Shown one piece after another: positions 15,051 to 27,341 of a stretch of 64,000 bases of DNA. This DNA comes from Octopus sinensis (lineage: Eukaryota): positions 93,744,001 through 93,808,000 of the forward strand of contig NC_043001.1 of NCBI RefSeq assembly GCF_006345805.1, in the 5' to 3' direction. Numbering within the stretch: position 1 is the first letter of the stretch; every line of letters starts with the position of its first letter. The notes under the pieces were generated by a model. The model saw only the letters and a program-made list of their open reading frames with translations, ran no database searches and had not been told where the DNA came from. The position numbers and the translations under genes were made by a program.

Positions 15051-15279
15051 AAGAAGCCACGCGAGCCACTGCCTGGTAGTGCATCAGGGCATTTATCATC
15101 ATCATCATCATTATTATTATTATTTTACGAGGCGTGAAATTTTAGGCGTTGTAGTTAATAGATTACATGAACTCAAGTGTCGGTACCCAATTTTATTGAC
15201 ACCGAAAGCATAAAAGACAACATCAACTTTGATGGAAGTTGAAAGAATAGCAGAATGAATGGATTCGAGATTGAAACAA

Positions 15280-15500
15280 TACGTATAACAGTAAGTACTT
15301 TGGGAATGAGTGAAAAAGATGCAAGCGAGTATATAACCAAACCACGTAACTTAGTTATGCTTATCATATTTATAGAAAATATTAGTTACAGACAATTCTC
15401 AATCTAGAAACATTTCAATATAATAGAAAATACAAAATCAAAACAAAAGACTGTACTTATCCAAGGCGCTCATTGTTACGCTCAGTTGTGTAATGAAATC
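15280..15500 (+). mobile_element. Old R4/Dong-like 3' ORF remnant
   Basis: Fragments TVSTLGM and QKTVLIQGAH resemble the R4 C-terminal motifs VGALG and QKxxLLGTAH. Confidence 0.4.
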
Positions 15501-16449
15501 ACGCAATGAAATTATGACTACTGAGAAATAGTAACAATAAAACCATTAAGAACAACAATGGCAAACAACTGGAATGTTGCAGATTAACCATACTGAACAG
15601 AGTTATTTGTAGGGAAAATGCATCCAGAAAAATCTCTGGAAACACAACTGGAGGTTAAAGAAGGTAATAAAAAGTAATTCAATGAAGTTAGCAAAATAGA
15701 AATAATTATAAGTTTTTGTTTTTAGACAAGTATAACAAAAATCGTAACTCATGTGTTTGACAAAGATACAGAGACTACAAAAGTAGATCAGAGAAAACTT
15801 AAATATATTTAGAAGTATTTGAGCTACGGAGCATATAAGAAATAGAAACAATATTCACAAATGAAGTAGGAGATCAAGAGAGAATCCTCTATGCAAAATT
15901 GAAGAAAATAAAACAATAGCTATTAATGCTCTTATTATTTAAGTAATATATTATCGCTACAGTAAACTAAACTTCTCTAAACTCGATATTGAGTTATTAA
16001 TAATAGATTGTAAAGCAATGAACTAAAGACTATATTCGTAGGAAAGAAGAATATAATCTACTACTCTCTAAGATTATAAATTCTACTATTGTAATTCTTC
16101 TACTTTATAGTATTATTATGAAGAATAAATCTACTGCGGGATTATAAAAATTTACTAGTAGAAAGAAAAAAACACAAATTGTCACAAATATGGAGAAAAC
16201 GAGAAGAACACAAGCAAGCAGACTTTGATTCGGGGACTACCTATGTGTTATATTAATATATATATATATATATATATGCAGAAAAAGAGAGAGAGAGAAA
16301 CAAACAGAGAGAGGGAGAGAGGGTGGAGAGAAGGTGGCTGGTAGAGTGGGAGAGAGAAATTGATGAACGAACGTTCACAAACGCATATATTTACGAGTCA
16401 GAGGTCAAAGGTCACCCAATGTTTCTGCGATTATCATATTTTAAGTCAC

Positions 16450-16975
16450 ATGGTGTCGTATCAAAATGTCGTTGAAGGTAACAATGTCACTATTCTCTGG
16501 AATTTTCCAGTCAACACCTAGAGAACTATCCCGGCTAATCGACCAGACATAATCATTGAAGACAGGGAAGAGAATATTTGTTGACTAGTAGATGTAAGTG
16601 TCCGCATTAATATCATTGAAGGGTTTCGACAAATTAAGTAAACGTAAATACCTGGAAATTGAAATGCAAAAGATGTGGCATCTGAAAGCAAGAACTGTAC
16701 CTGTTATTGTGAGTGTTTTAGGTATGATAAAATGGGATGTTAGAAACATTTAGATAACATCCTAGGAGAAACATATAATTGGTGCACTTAGAAGTATCAC
16801 CACTCATCTACCAACATAGCTAAAAAAGATCGGTACAAGTGTGAATGTAGAATACCTAAAAAGATCGGTATTGTCTAGATCTGCAAGAATTCTTTGCAGA
16901 TATTTTAAAGCATGACCAATAAGCACGTGTCACCTTAGTCTCATGGTTGTGAACAGCTTTCCATTATACCTAGTA
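16450..16975 (+). mobile_element. R4/Dong-clade non-LTR retrotransposon 3' fragment (restriction-like endonuclease domain), followed by (TAA)n
   Basis: Translates VTILWNFPVNT*RTIPANRPDIIIEDREENIC*LVDVSV / FDKLSK..LEIEMQKMWHLKARTVPVIVSVLGMIK, a PD-(D/E)xK RLE signature. (TAA)n follows at 16975-17050. Confidence 0.85.
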
Positions 16976-16980
16976 AAATA

Positions 16981-17054
<74 letters not shown>

Positions 17055-17944
17055 TAATAATAATAATATAATAATAATACTATATAATAATAATAATATG
17101 AACATAATAAAATAATAACAAAATAAAAAATATTATAATTAATAAAATAATAATATAATAATAATAATACACATAATATAAATATATTAATATATATAAC
17201 TATATTTCGCAGCAAAAGCCCTTCAAAAAAATTAAATATCAAAAAACAAAATAGATAAATAACTAAAACATAAAATAAAAACACGAATGATTTAAACTTA
17301 TAATATTAAAAACTTAACGAAATACACATATGAATGTACTCATGATGCTCATAAATGTATCTACATGATTTTGTGGTTGTTATAGTGGCAAATTTATATT
17401 CCAATTCTTTGGGAAATGTTTTCTTTTGCTAATGTCGCAATTAACACCAATTAACTTTTAAAGATAACTACATTAAGGTTAATAGCAATAAGTTGACAAT
17501 TGTTATTTTGCAAAAATTATTTATCAATAAATAAAATCTTTATTTTTTATATGCTAATTGTCTACATCAACATGGCGTCAGTATTCTACATCTAATGGCT
17601 ACTTCTAAATCTAGAAGTGTAATAATAAAGGTGTGAGTGTTTGTGTAATACTTTCTCTTTCTACGCCGAATAATTATTTGAAATTAATGTATGCATGTCT
17701 TACTATTACATGTGTATATAGTGATTTCATAATTATATTTTAATGCAGATAGATTATAAAGAGAGTGATTCTGCATTTCCTGCAGATGCATACATACACA
17801 TTTAGTGATATAAGTAGATATCACATGCGGCGGTGTAATGGATGGCCTCTGGATCGTTAGTTCAGTTTTTACGTTTCTGATATTAAATTTGTGGCCATGT
17901 TGTCCAAAGCGTTCAGTGGTTTATGAATATCATAACAATCTAGT

Positions 17945-18373
17945 TTTCTACTCTAGGCATAAGGCTCGAAAGTTTGGGGGAGGGATTAGTCGATTTGATC
18001 TACCCCAGTACCCAACTGGTACTTAATTTATTGACTCCGAAAGGATGAAAGGCAAAGTCATCCACGGTGGAATTTGAAATCAGAACGTAAAAGCAGACGA
18101 AATACCGCTAACCATTTCGCCCGGCGGGCTAACGTTTCTTATTTCGTTATTGCCCACAAGGAGCTAATCATACAGGGGACAAACAAAGAGAGACAAAGTG
18201 ATTAAGTCGATTATATCGACCCCAGTGCGTAACTAGTACTTAATTTATCGACTCCGAAAGGATGAATGACAAAGTCGACCTCGGCGGAATTTGAACTCAG
18301 AACGTAGCGGCAGACGAAGTACCGCTAAGCATTTCGCCCGGCGTGTTAACGATTCTGCCAGCTCGTCGCCTTT
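17945..18373 (-). mobile_element. Two tandem tRNA-derived SINEs, family A (17945-18140, 18148-18373)
   Basis: Minus strand reads ggcgacgagctggcagaatcgttaacacgccgggcgaaatgc...gttctgagttcaaattccgccgaggtcgac. Confidence 0.9.
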
Positions 18374-18620
18374 GAACCACGCTATTTTGGGATCAAGGTG
18401 AGTTGCTGCATAGAAACGCAAACGAAAGTTACTGGTAAAACATCTTTCACGTCAAACTTCACTCGGCGTAATGTGAACGTAAGTTGGAATGAAATATGTT
18501 TGATAAAATATCTCTTCGTTCGAAGCTTAACTAGACAAATCGACACTGAGAAGAAAAGAAAAAGACCAACGATATATTGTGAAAAACTGCGTCTTAGCAG
18601 AGCTCAAGACGTATGCAAAA

Positions 18621-18670
<50 letters not shown>

Positions 18671-19049
18671 GAGGATAACAGTTCCTCTTGATTTATACAG
18701 CGTTCTATGGGTTATATATGTATATGTCCATGAATGTATTTGGAATTGTTTCACCGGGCTAAAACCCTGGAGTACCCGTCCTAATTGTGATTATTTTATC
18801 ATATTTATGTATACTATATAATAAAACAAGATTTATCGATTGCCACCCAAGGAGAATTATGGGTGATATGTCATCAATAAATTAAAACTCCCATAATATC
18901 AACACCATCGTCATCATCATCATCATTGGCTTGTGTACTACTTTATCTCTGGCTGGTAATATTGATATTAATAAAAATAATCGTATGCATAAAAAAAAAA
19001 TGCTTACAGTGGAAGATATTAAAATATGTCTATAAAAATAGGAAGAATA

Positions 19050-19251
19050 TCAATAATAATATCAATAAAAATGATGATGATGATGATAGTGCTGATCACA
19101 ATTATTATTATTATTATCATCATTATTATTACTATTATTATTATTATTATTATTATTATCATCATTATTATTATTCTTATTATTATTATCATTATTATTC
19201 TTATTATCATTATTATCATTACTGTTCTTATTATCATTATTATTCTTATTA

Positions 19252-19296
<45 letters not shown>

Positions 19297-19330
19297 TATT
19301 TTATTATCATCATTATTATTATTATTAAGA
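19050..19330. repeat. (ATT)n/(ATC)n microsatellite
   Basis: Direct inspection; explains the poly-Y and poly-I ORFs. Confidence 0.95.
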
Positions 19331-19942
19331 TTGTCCTTATTGTGTTCAAAAGCAGAAGAAAGAAGAACGGATACAATAAAAGAAAGGACGAGGTAAAAAA
19401 AAAAAAACCACACCACACTGCAGGTTATGCGCCGGTATTGAAACAAACCTAAATGTTGGACAACTGAACTATTTCTATCCAACCGATTTTATTTATAGTC
19501 TCTGAACAAATACTTAGACCGAGATACACAGATACGACGCAGACATAACATTGAGAGATGGAGAGTATAGGAAGCAGAATGCAGGAGTGGAGAGACAGAG
19601 ATTCTGTTTCCTTTTTAAAGTAGCGATGAAAGTATGTGAGTATGTGTGTATATATGTATGTATGTATGTATGTATGAATGTATGTATGTATCTATATCTA
19701 TATATATATATATATATGTGTGTGTGTACATAGGTATATATATATGTGTGTGTTTATTTGTGTATGTGGGTATATGTATATATGTGTTTGTATGGTAGTG
19801 TATATATATGTATGTGTGTATATGTATATGTGTATGTTTGTGTATATATATATACATATATCTTTATATAGTATATATCTATACCATACATATGTATCTA
19901 TCTATCTATCTATCTATCCATCTATATATATATGAATGGATA

Positions 19943-19993
<51 letters not shown>

Positions 19994-20039
19994 ATACATG
20001 TGTGCATGCGTTTATTTTTGGTACAGCTTTTATCTTTTA

Positions 20040-20240
20040 CCGTCTTCTTGTTTCAGTCATTTCATTGCTGCCATACTAGGGCACCGCCTTGAAAGGTTTT
20101 AGTCGAACAAATCGACCCTAGGATTTTTTGTTTTTTAAGCCAGGTGCTTAGTCTATCTGCCCCTTCTGCCGAACTGCTATATTTCGGGGACGTAAATACA
20201 CTAACACCGGTAGTCAAGTGGTGGTGTGAGACAAACATAG
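20040..20240 (-). mobile_element. 3' half of SINE family B
   Basis: Matches the 3' half of the copies at 22055, 40025 and 57858, including the ggcggtgcccyagyatggc tail. Confidence 0.75.
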
Positions 20241-20251
20241 ACATAAAACAC

Positions 20252-20772
20252 ACGCCGGATATCATAATATGGTGTGAAAGAGAGAAAGTGGGTAATCTAG
20301 TCAAGTTAATGGTTCCTCATGAAGATAACATGGACGCCGCTCGTGCTCGAAAGATTGATCATTATGTAAACCTCCTCGAGGAATGTGAAGACGCAGGCTG
20401 AAAAGCGGAGCATTTTCCAGTCGAAGTCGTATATAGAGGATTCATTGAACATAGTGTGATGTGATTGTTGTTAACATTAGGCTTACTCATCGTAAAGAAA
20501 ATGGCACCATGAGTGATATCCAAACGACAGTGGAAACGAGTAGCCACTGGATTACATTAAAAAGAGACGATGAGCGATGGCTAGATGCATATTGAGCAAT
20601 ATCTGATAACCAATTGATCTAGGGAACGGGGCCTCATTTTAGTGAGGGCACAATGTTGCTTTCAGGAGGTCGGCTTCGAAACGCACTCTCTCCTGATGAA
20701 ACCATGCAGTCAATGGTTGCCGGTATGCGGAGTTTTCGCGTGGTAGTACTTGCACGTGCAAGTAGTTCGCAA
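20252..20772 (+). mobile_element. HERO-like (RLE-type) non-LTR retrotransposon 3' fragment with a structured 3' UTR, ending at (TA)n
   Basis: Translates TPDIIIWCEREKVGNLVKLMVPHEDNMDAARARKIDHYVNLLEECEDAG*KAEHFPVEVVYRGF...ETSSHWITLKRDDERW, resembling the HERO motif RPDIVLW..ELTVPWE..RK..Y..L..EC..GW....PVEVGCRGF..W.W.KR. Confidence 0.8.
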
Positions 20773-21038
20773 TATATATATATATATATATATACCTTTT
20801 CATATGATTTTATACGTTGATGTGCACTTATGGGTATACGTTAGTTTATATGTAGATATGCATGTATGTACTTCTATATATATATGCATCCAAATATATG
20901 TATATCTTCAGAGAAAGATATATTGATAGACAAACAGACACGCACACAGATAGATAAATAGATAGGTAGAGAGAAAACAGACAAGCAAACAACAGATAGA
21001 TAGATAGATTTAGATAGATAGATAAACAAATATAGGCA

Positions 21039-21091
<53 letters not shown>

Positions 21092-21511
21092 TATATAATA
21101 TATGATCGTTCCATGGTTTTGCTTCAACTGTTAATTCTAACAGAAAATGGACCGTCTCCACTCCAGAAGTAACACATTTTATTATAGATGCAAACTATTT
21201 AATTTATCTACGGTTCTTAATTATGTGTGTGCGCATGCCAACATCTCATTGGCTGTACCAATCTTGTACAGCTATATAAACTTTTATAGCTATGGATGAA
21301 CATTTGTAACTTACAAACCCTAAATTTCTAGAGTTTTATATATGGTTCTACTTCTTTTCAAAGCTTTCACTTTTAATCACCTACTTGACGGGATCATTTA
21401 TGATTTAGAATATTTGTGCACGAGTAACTGATTATAAATCGAAATTACTAGCCAGTTTGAGTATGCGATCTCATTATACATATACACGCGCACGCAACCA
21501 CGAACACGCAC

Positions 21512-21554
<43 letters not shown>

Positions 21555-22054
21555 ATATACACACACATATACGCTTCTATATAATTATTTCTTTCTTACA
21601 CTCTGTATATCTGAAGGTGTGTGTTTTTGACTGTTTGTGTGAGTGAGTGCGCACATGCATTCGTATTACTTTTAATCACATCTTTAACGTTAACGACTAC
21701 TGTAGAACTAATTGCTATTATTTTCTCGAACCCTATCCATATTGCTGGGCAACTGTAGCTATATTTTGTACAAATTTTGACAATAGCATTCGAATAGTTT
21801 TCTTCAAATTATGATTTTGTACAGTTCTGTACATCTGTGAACATTTCTAGCTCAATACTTACCACTGCCCCTTATGCCAATTCCATGAGAAGACTATTGA
21901 CCAGAAAATTCGTATCAGGTTTGTGCTCGCTTTCAAGAAACAGCATTGAAAATGACAACTAGATTAATTTATCTATATTGGTCTCTCACCTAATGCATAG
22001 CCTCCAGTCGTTGTTTTATGGTAAAAGTGATGTACAATTTTATTGGGTCGGTAT

Positions 22055-22293
22055 TCTTTTACTTGCTTCAGCCATTTGACTGTGTCCATGCTGGAGCACC
22101 GTCTTTAGTCGAGAAAATCGACTCTAGGACTTATTCTTTGTAAGCGTAGTACTTATCCTATCGGTCTCTTTTGCCGAACCACTAAGTTACGGGGACGTTA
22201 ACACACCAGCATCGGTGGTCAAGCGATGGTGCGGGTCACAAACGCAGACACACAAAGACAGAAACACACACACATACACAAACACGCGTGCAC

Positions 22294-22335
<42 letters not shown>

Positions 22336-22500
22336 TGTGTGTGTATGACGATCTTCTTTCAGTTTCCGTCTACTAAATCCACTAACAAGACTTTAGTCGG
22401 CCCGAGGCTATAGTAAAAGACACTTGCCCAAATTTCCACGCGGTGACACTGAACCCGGAACCATGTGGCTGGGATGCAAGCTACTTACCACACTACTGCC
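22055..22500 (-). mobile_element. Full-length tRNA-derived SINE family B with an internal (CA)/(TA) tract
   Basis: Head gtggtaagtagcttgc..ggttccgggttcagtg; body gggcaagtgtctt..ctatagcctcgggccga; tail gctccagcatgg. Confidence 0.9.
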
Positions 22501-23064
22501 CCAAGGTTGGTATCTCAGAATTAGAGAGTAATAAAACCTGTGCCACAGCATTTCAATTCGTATTTCTCATACATTTACGTATGGCCATTTCATCAATGGA
22601 TACATGCAATTTGCGACATTCAAATACTGATTGAATCGGTTTTATGTTTTTAATTCCTTTAGCGTAGAGAAGGTAAACATCTATATTTATATGTAAATGT
22701 TTGCTGATTTTTATACTTTCATGTTCCAGCATCAAGGCAACATATCCCACACTATGTAGTAGCACAATTCAACATCCGTTTCAATAATGTTAATGCTATA
22801 TTTTTTTGTGCAGATCGAATAAATTATCAAAATTGTGGATACATAATTCATTATCTGTATCACCCAGATACCTGTGTTTCTTATTTTCTACGTACATATT
22901 CACAAACGAAGGTACACACACGCACACACACACACAAACTAAATATAGACACACATAGAGGTATACGCGTGCGCAAATAAAGACACATACAATAAGAATA
23001 CAAAATACAAAATGGCTGATCGTTAGTAAGGAGAGACACACAAATAAGAAAGAAGAAACCAAAG

Positions 23065-23108
23065 GGCCACTGATGAGGTCACAGAAGTGTGACGAAAGGA
23101 CTCTGGCC
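23065..23108 (+). ncRNA. Putative intact minimal type I hammerhead ribozyme
   Basis: ggcca CTGATGA g gtcaca gaag tgtgac GAAA ggac TC tggcc: 5-bp stem I, 6-bp stem II, full core, CUC cleavage triplet. Confidence 0.75.
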
Positions 23109-24629
23109 GAAATAAGATAAGATTAATGTAAAAAATTAAATAAAGCTGAAGCAATTAACACAAATATATAGTGCGTGTGTTTTTATTGGCTAAACTGGAA
23201 CATGACCATTCCTAAATACGACAATATAGATATTTATATAATATATGTATATATATACATGCCACAGAGAATCTCAAAACTAGACAACACCCTATTGTGT
23301 ACTATCAAGAACGCCAAACAATACCAAAGCAAGCTATTTCCGGAGGCTATAAATTAACAGACACATACCACTTTACACGAATGAAAGACAACGGTGATTA
23401 ACGAGAATAAGACGAAAGGAATTCCTAATCGAGCGTAACATACGTGCGTTCCTATCAGCAGCTGCCCGAAGTAATTTGTGTGAGCGGGTTTGGTTGAGTG
23501 TTTTTCTAATAATATAGATATCTATGTAGATATACATACACATATGCATGGACGCACGCAAATATCCGTAGAGCATACGCAAATAAATTTTAGAGGAATT
23601 TAGATTGCGCACGCATAATTACAAACCTCTGCAATTGTTTGTGCGTCATTATCAGTTGTAAATTGTTGAATGTTACAAAAAATATGCTAATATTGCATTA
23701 ATATGATTCGCGTATAGCCGAATATAAGCGCTTCGTTATACTATATTTAGTATTCTTAGTGTATACGCTTATATGCGTAATTCCATGCATATGTGTATAT
23801 TGTTAAATTTAAAAAAAAACCTAGTTAAATTAAAAAAAACATTTTTGATTATCTACCTTATACTGCAAAACTCCCTGATTACCTTCCCCTGTCTGGAACT
23901 CTCATACTTCCCATCATAGCGTAGAGATGACACAATATCATTAAAGAAATAAGCTTTACAGGCAACTGAATAACTCTCTTTCTCTCTGTATTCCGTCCTT
24001 CTTCACCCCACCTCTCCCTCTCTCATCTTATCTATACATCTGTCCACCTATCCACCTCTCATTTTATACACGATCAATTTGAACCAACAAGTAAATACGT
24101 AAAACTCAAACACGTATGTCAATAGGTAGGCGTAAGTACGACTCTGAATCTCATATGTTGCTGTGTTTTCGCTCACAATTGTGGTAATTCTAATGAAGAA
24201 TATACCAAAGATCATTACTAAGCTACACATTTTGTGTTTTCTCTGGTTATGCGTACATTTTTATGGATTGCATTATGCCAATGTAAAATATTGTACTTGA
24301 AAAGAGTTTAAAGTTAATTATATCTATAAAATGTCTGTGGAAATCAATATGGTTTTGTATACATGTGTAGATATTTATTTCTTTTTACGATGCTTGTTTT
24401 CTTTTTAATCAAAATGTAATCAATCGAGCATTCTAATTATTATCAATCGTCTACCAGGTCATAAATGTTTATACACTATATATTAATCGTTTATTTTTTA
24501 GTATGCATAGGGAGGAATATATAAGAAAATATCAATTAAACTTCCATTTATTTACATATACGCACGGGTCAGAATGGAGAACAGAAGGTAATTTGAAACC
24601 CACCAAATGTAAATTTACAGGATATCTAT

Positions 24630-25247
24630 AGGTACAGACGTGGCCAAGAAGCTTGCTTAGCAGCAATAAGGTTTCGGATTCAGCCTAATTGCTTGGCACC
24701 ATGGGCAAGTGTCTTATATTGTAGCCTCAGGCCAATCAAAGTATAGTGAGTGGATTTGCTACACTGAAACTGGAAGAACCCCGTGGTATATATACATACA
24801 TACAAAGCAATTAAGCTGATGAGTACGGGACACTTTTATCTGCTGCAATTTTTGCAACTTGTAATAAAGCCTGTCTTTGTATGAAACAATTGTACTAAAA
24901 ACTAATCCATTCTTGTTGCTTCTTTCTCGTTTATACATACATACATACATATATATATATATAGATATATATATATATATATAGATATATATATATATAT
25001 ATTATATATATATATGTATATATATATATGTACATATATATATATATGTGTGGTGTGGTGTGTGTGAGCGTGCGTATGTGTCGTTGTGTCAGTTTGGTCC
25101 CCACCATCGCTTGGCAACCACTGTTAGCTTCTTATGTTCCCTCGGCAAAGGACTTCGACAGAAAAAGTTCCAGGCTTTACAATAAAAAAGGAAATAATAA
25201 TAATAATAATAATATTAATAATAATAGTAATAATATTAATAATTATG

Positions 25248-25300
<53 letters not shown>

Positions 25301-25415
25301 CAGAAGAAGAAGAAGAAGACGAAAAAGAATAATAATAATTCAGTTCGATTCATTTCACTAAAACGTCTTCAAGGCGATTCCCAAGCATGGCCACAGTATA
25401 AAGACTAAAACGAAT
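24630..25415 (+). mobile_element. Diverged SINE family B, expanded by internal microsatellites
   Basis: Head and body 24630-24790, middle 25085-25190, tail ~25370-25410. Confidence 0.65.
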
Positions 25416-25584
25416 AACAGATAAAAATAGAGATCATAGACCTTTCGCGAGGGAGATTTAAACAGATGTAACTAAAACCTGTTGCTCTCTTCGTATACAT
25501 GCTTTCGCTTTGCATGAACAATAATTTTAAAGCGATGATTAAATAATTTATGAAAATGGAACTTAATGCACACGTGTATATATG

Positions 25585-25648
<64 letters not shown>

Positions 25649-25874
25649 CTTTATTTTAAGCAGCAGAAAATTCAACAAAACCTGTTACTCTGAGTTTCCC
25701 GTTACCGTTCATCAGACAGTTTTTGCTAGAAAAACTGTCTGATGAACGGCAACGAGAAACTCAGAGTAACAGATTTTGTTGAATTTTCTGCTGCTTAAAA
25801 TAAAGCATATTACTCTACCACTGGTATTTGAGTACTCTTTTTTCCACCTTGTTTAACATTTATGTGTTTACTCT

Positions 25875-25876
<2 letters not shown>
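25649..25876. mobile_element. Head-to-head inverted repeat (76-bp arms 25649-25724 and 25730-25805, loop gctag) with a hammerhead motif in each arm
   Basis: Plus arm reads ctgt CTGATGA acggcaacga GAAA ctcagag TA acag. The right arm extends to (TA)n at ~25877. Confidence 0.8.
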
Positions 25877-25912
<36 letters not shown>

Positions 25913-26137
25913 TGTGTATATATGTACACAATATTGCTCGCTGCATTTAAGGAGTATGTAACCTTTATTTCGTTTTTTTCCTTCGCAGAGAAATTCAGTT
26001 GTAGTTATGGAGTTTTCCCATCATAATTACCTACATTCTTACTCAAAAGTACCTTTTACTTATATTTTACTGATATTCACGGGATATTACATTATTCCTA
26101 ATAGTATAGTCGAATATGACAGCAATTCTAAATATAA

Positions 26138-26464
26138 ATGAGAGCTCAAAATCTCTCGTTGGATCGTCATCCAACCAAAATGCAAATATTTGGGAAACTA
26201 CCACCTGTGTCATCTCTTGTGAAAGGTAGGAGAGTCCAGTTTGCTGGACATTGTTGTAGGACTGAAAACGAGGCAATTTCTACTCTTCTCCTCTGGAAAC
26301 CATCTACTCGCGATACCAGAGGGAGTACGCTCTCCTACCCTGATGTAATCCCCAGGGATACAGGCATCCAGCAACAGGACCTACGCAATGCTATGATGGA
26401 CCGTGAAGTCTGGCGGAGCATGGTAAATTCCATTGTCTCGACCACGGTCGAACAATGATGATGA
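26138..26464 (+). mobile_element. 5'-truncated RTE-clade LINE 3' end with a (TGA)n tail
   Basis: ORF RAQNLSLDRHPTKMQIFGKLPPVSSLVKGRRVQFAGHCCR...DLRNAMMDREVWRSMV is a typical RTE C-terminus (RRxxFAGH; AxDRxxWR). Confidence 0.85.
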
Positions 26465-26914
26465 GGATATATAAATGTGTGTAGATACCCATGTACTTCT
26501 ATAATTTTGCGCGTGTTTACATGTGTCCTAACGTTCAGGAACTGCGAACAGACTGCTAATATATTTTGTAGGGAAACTTTGTTTCAATCGCAATAAAGCT
26601 TCAATATGTACCGAACCCATCAAAGTGAGACCAGTATACCAAAACATCTCCACATACACTGTTTGGAGTTTGAATATAATCACTCATTGTGTATGATATA
26701 AACAATTTTCTGCTAATACTTGCTCTTTTGACATCAATGTTAATCAACATAGCAATATTAACACTAATTACTTCTTAATTCTCGGATGTAACTGAAATTT
26801 TAATTACCTGGTATATAAGCAATCATAACATCAACGAATAATATTCAGTTTTGAATATATCATTAATGGAATTATATGTGATTCTTTGCAAAGTTTTTGA
26901 TTTAACATCAGCTA

Positions 26915-27170
26915 CTACCAACGTATGCATTCTTTCACATTAAAGGTTACAGAAAATTCTACCCTATTTTCAGAATTCAGTTGAAGATTTAGAGACATTG
27001 GAATAAATCGTGTCTGACGACCTAAGACTGTATGGTGAACAATTGAAGAATGAGAATACCACACACCTCTTACCTTGCTTCTAGACCCTTTAAGTTTAGA
27101 ATTTATAGAAATATTTTTATGGCTGTATGTTTGCCAAATGCGATGTGCAATGGCAACATCTGGGGCACTA
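26915..27170 (-). mobile_element. Possible highly decayed RTE-like RT remnant
   Basis: IW..KNISINSKLK.. weakly resembles RTE W....IS..TKLKVY. Confidence 0.3.
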
Positions 27171-27281
27171 CTATACAATTAAAATCATGAAGCATTATTT
27201 CATAGAATTATCTCAGAGGTAATATTTATTCTCATTTATCTGTGGGTGTTCAGTTAGAACTAACTACACTGCAGAACTTAC

Positions 27282-27341
27282 CATCAGAGAAAGTTCCATA
27301 TAGGTAACTGATGCAAAATGCCTGTTTCATTATATTGCTAC
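27282..27341 (-). CDS. Candidate 60-nt symmetric (phase 1-1) exon, xSNIMKQAFCISYLYGTFSDx
   Basis: Acceptor atttctcttctag, donor ATG|GTAAGT, one open frame. Confidence 0.3.

Noticed and set aside
20683-20702. GAAAC..CTGATGA as a type II hammerhead
   Set aside because: The spacing is too short for stems III and I, and there is no UH triplet.
24815-24845. CTGATGAGT hammerhead-like start
   Set aside because: No GAAA or stem III follows.
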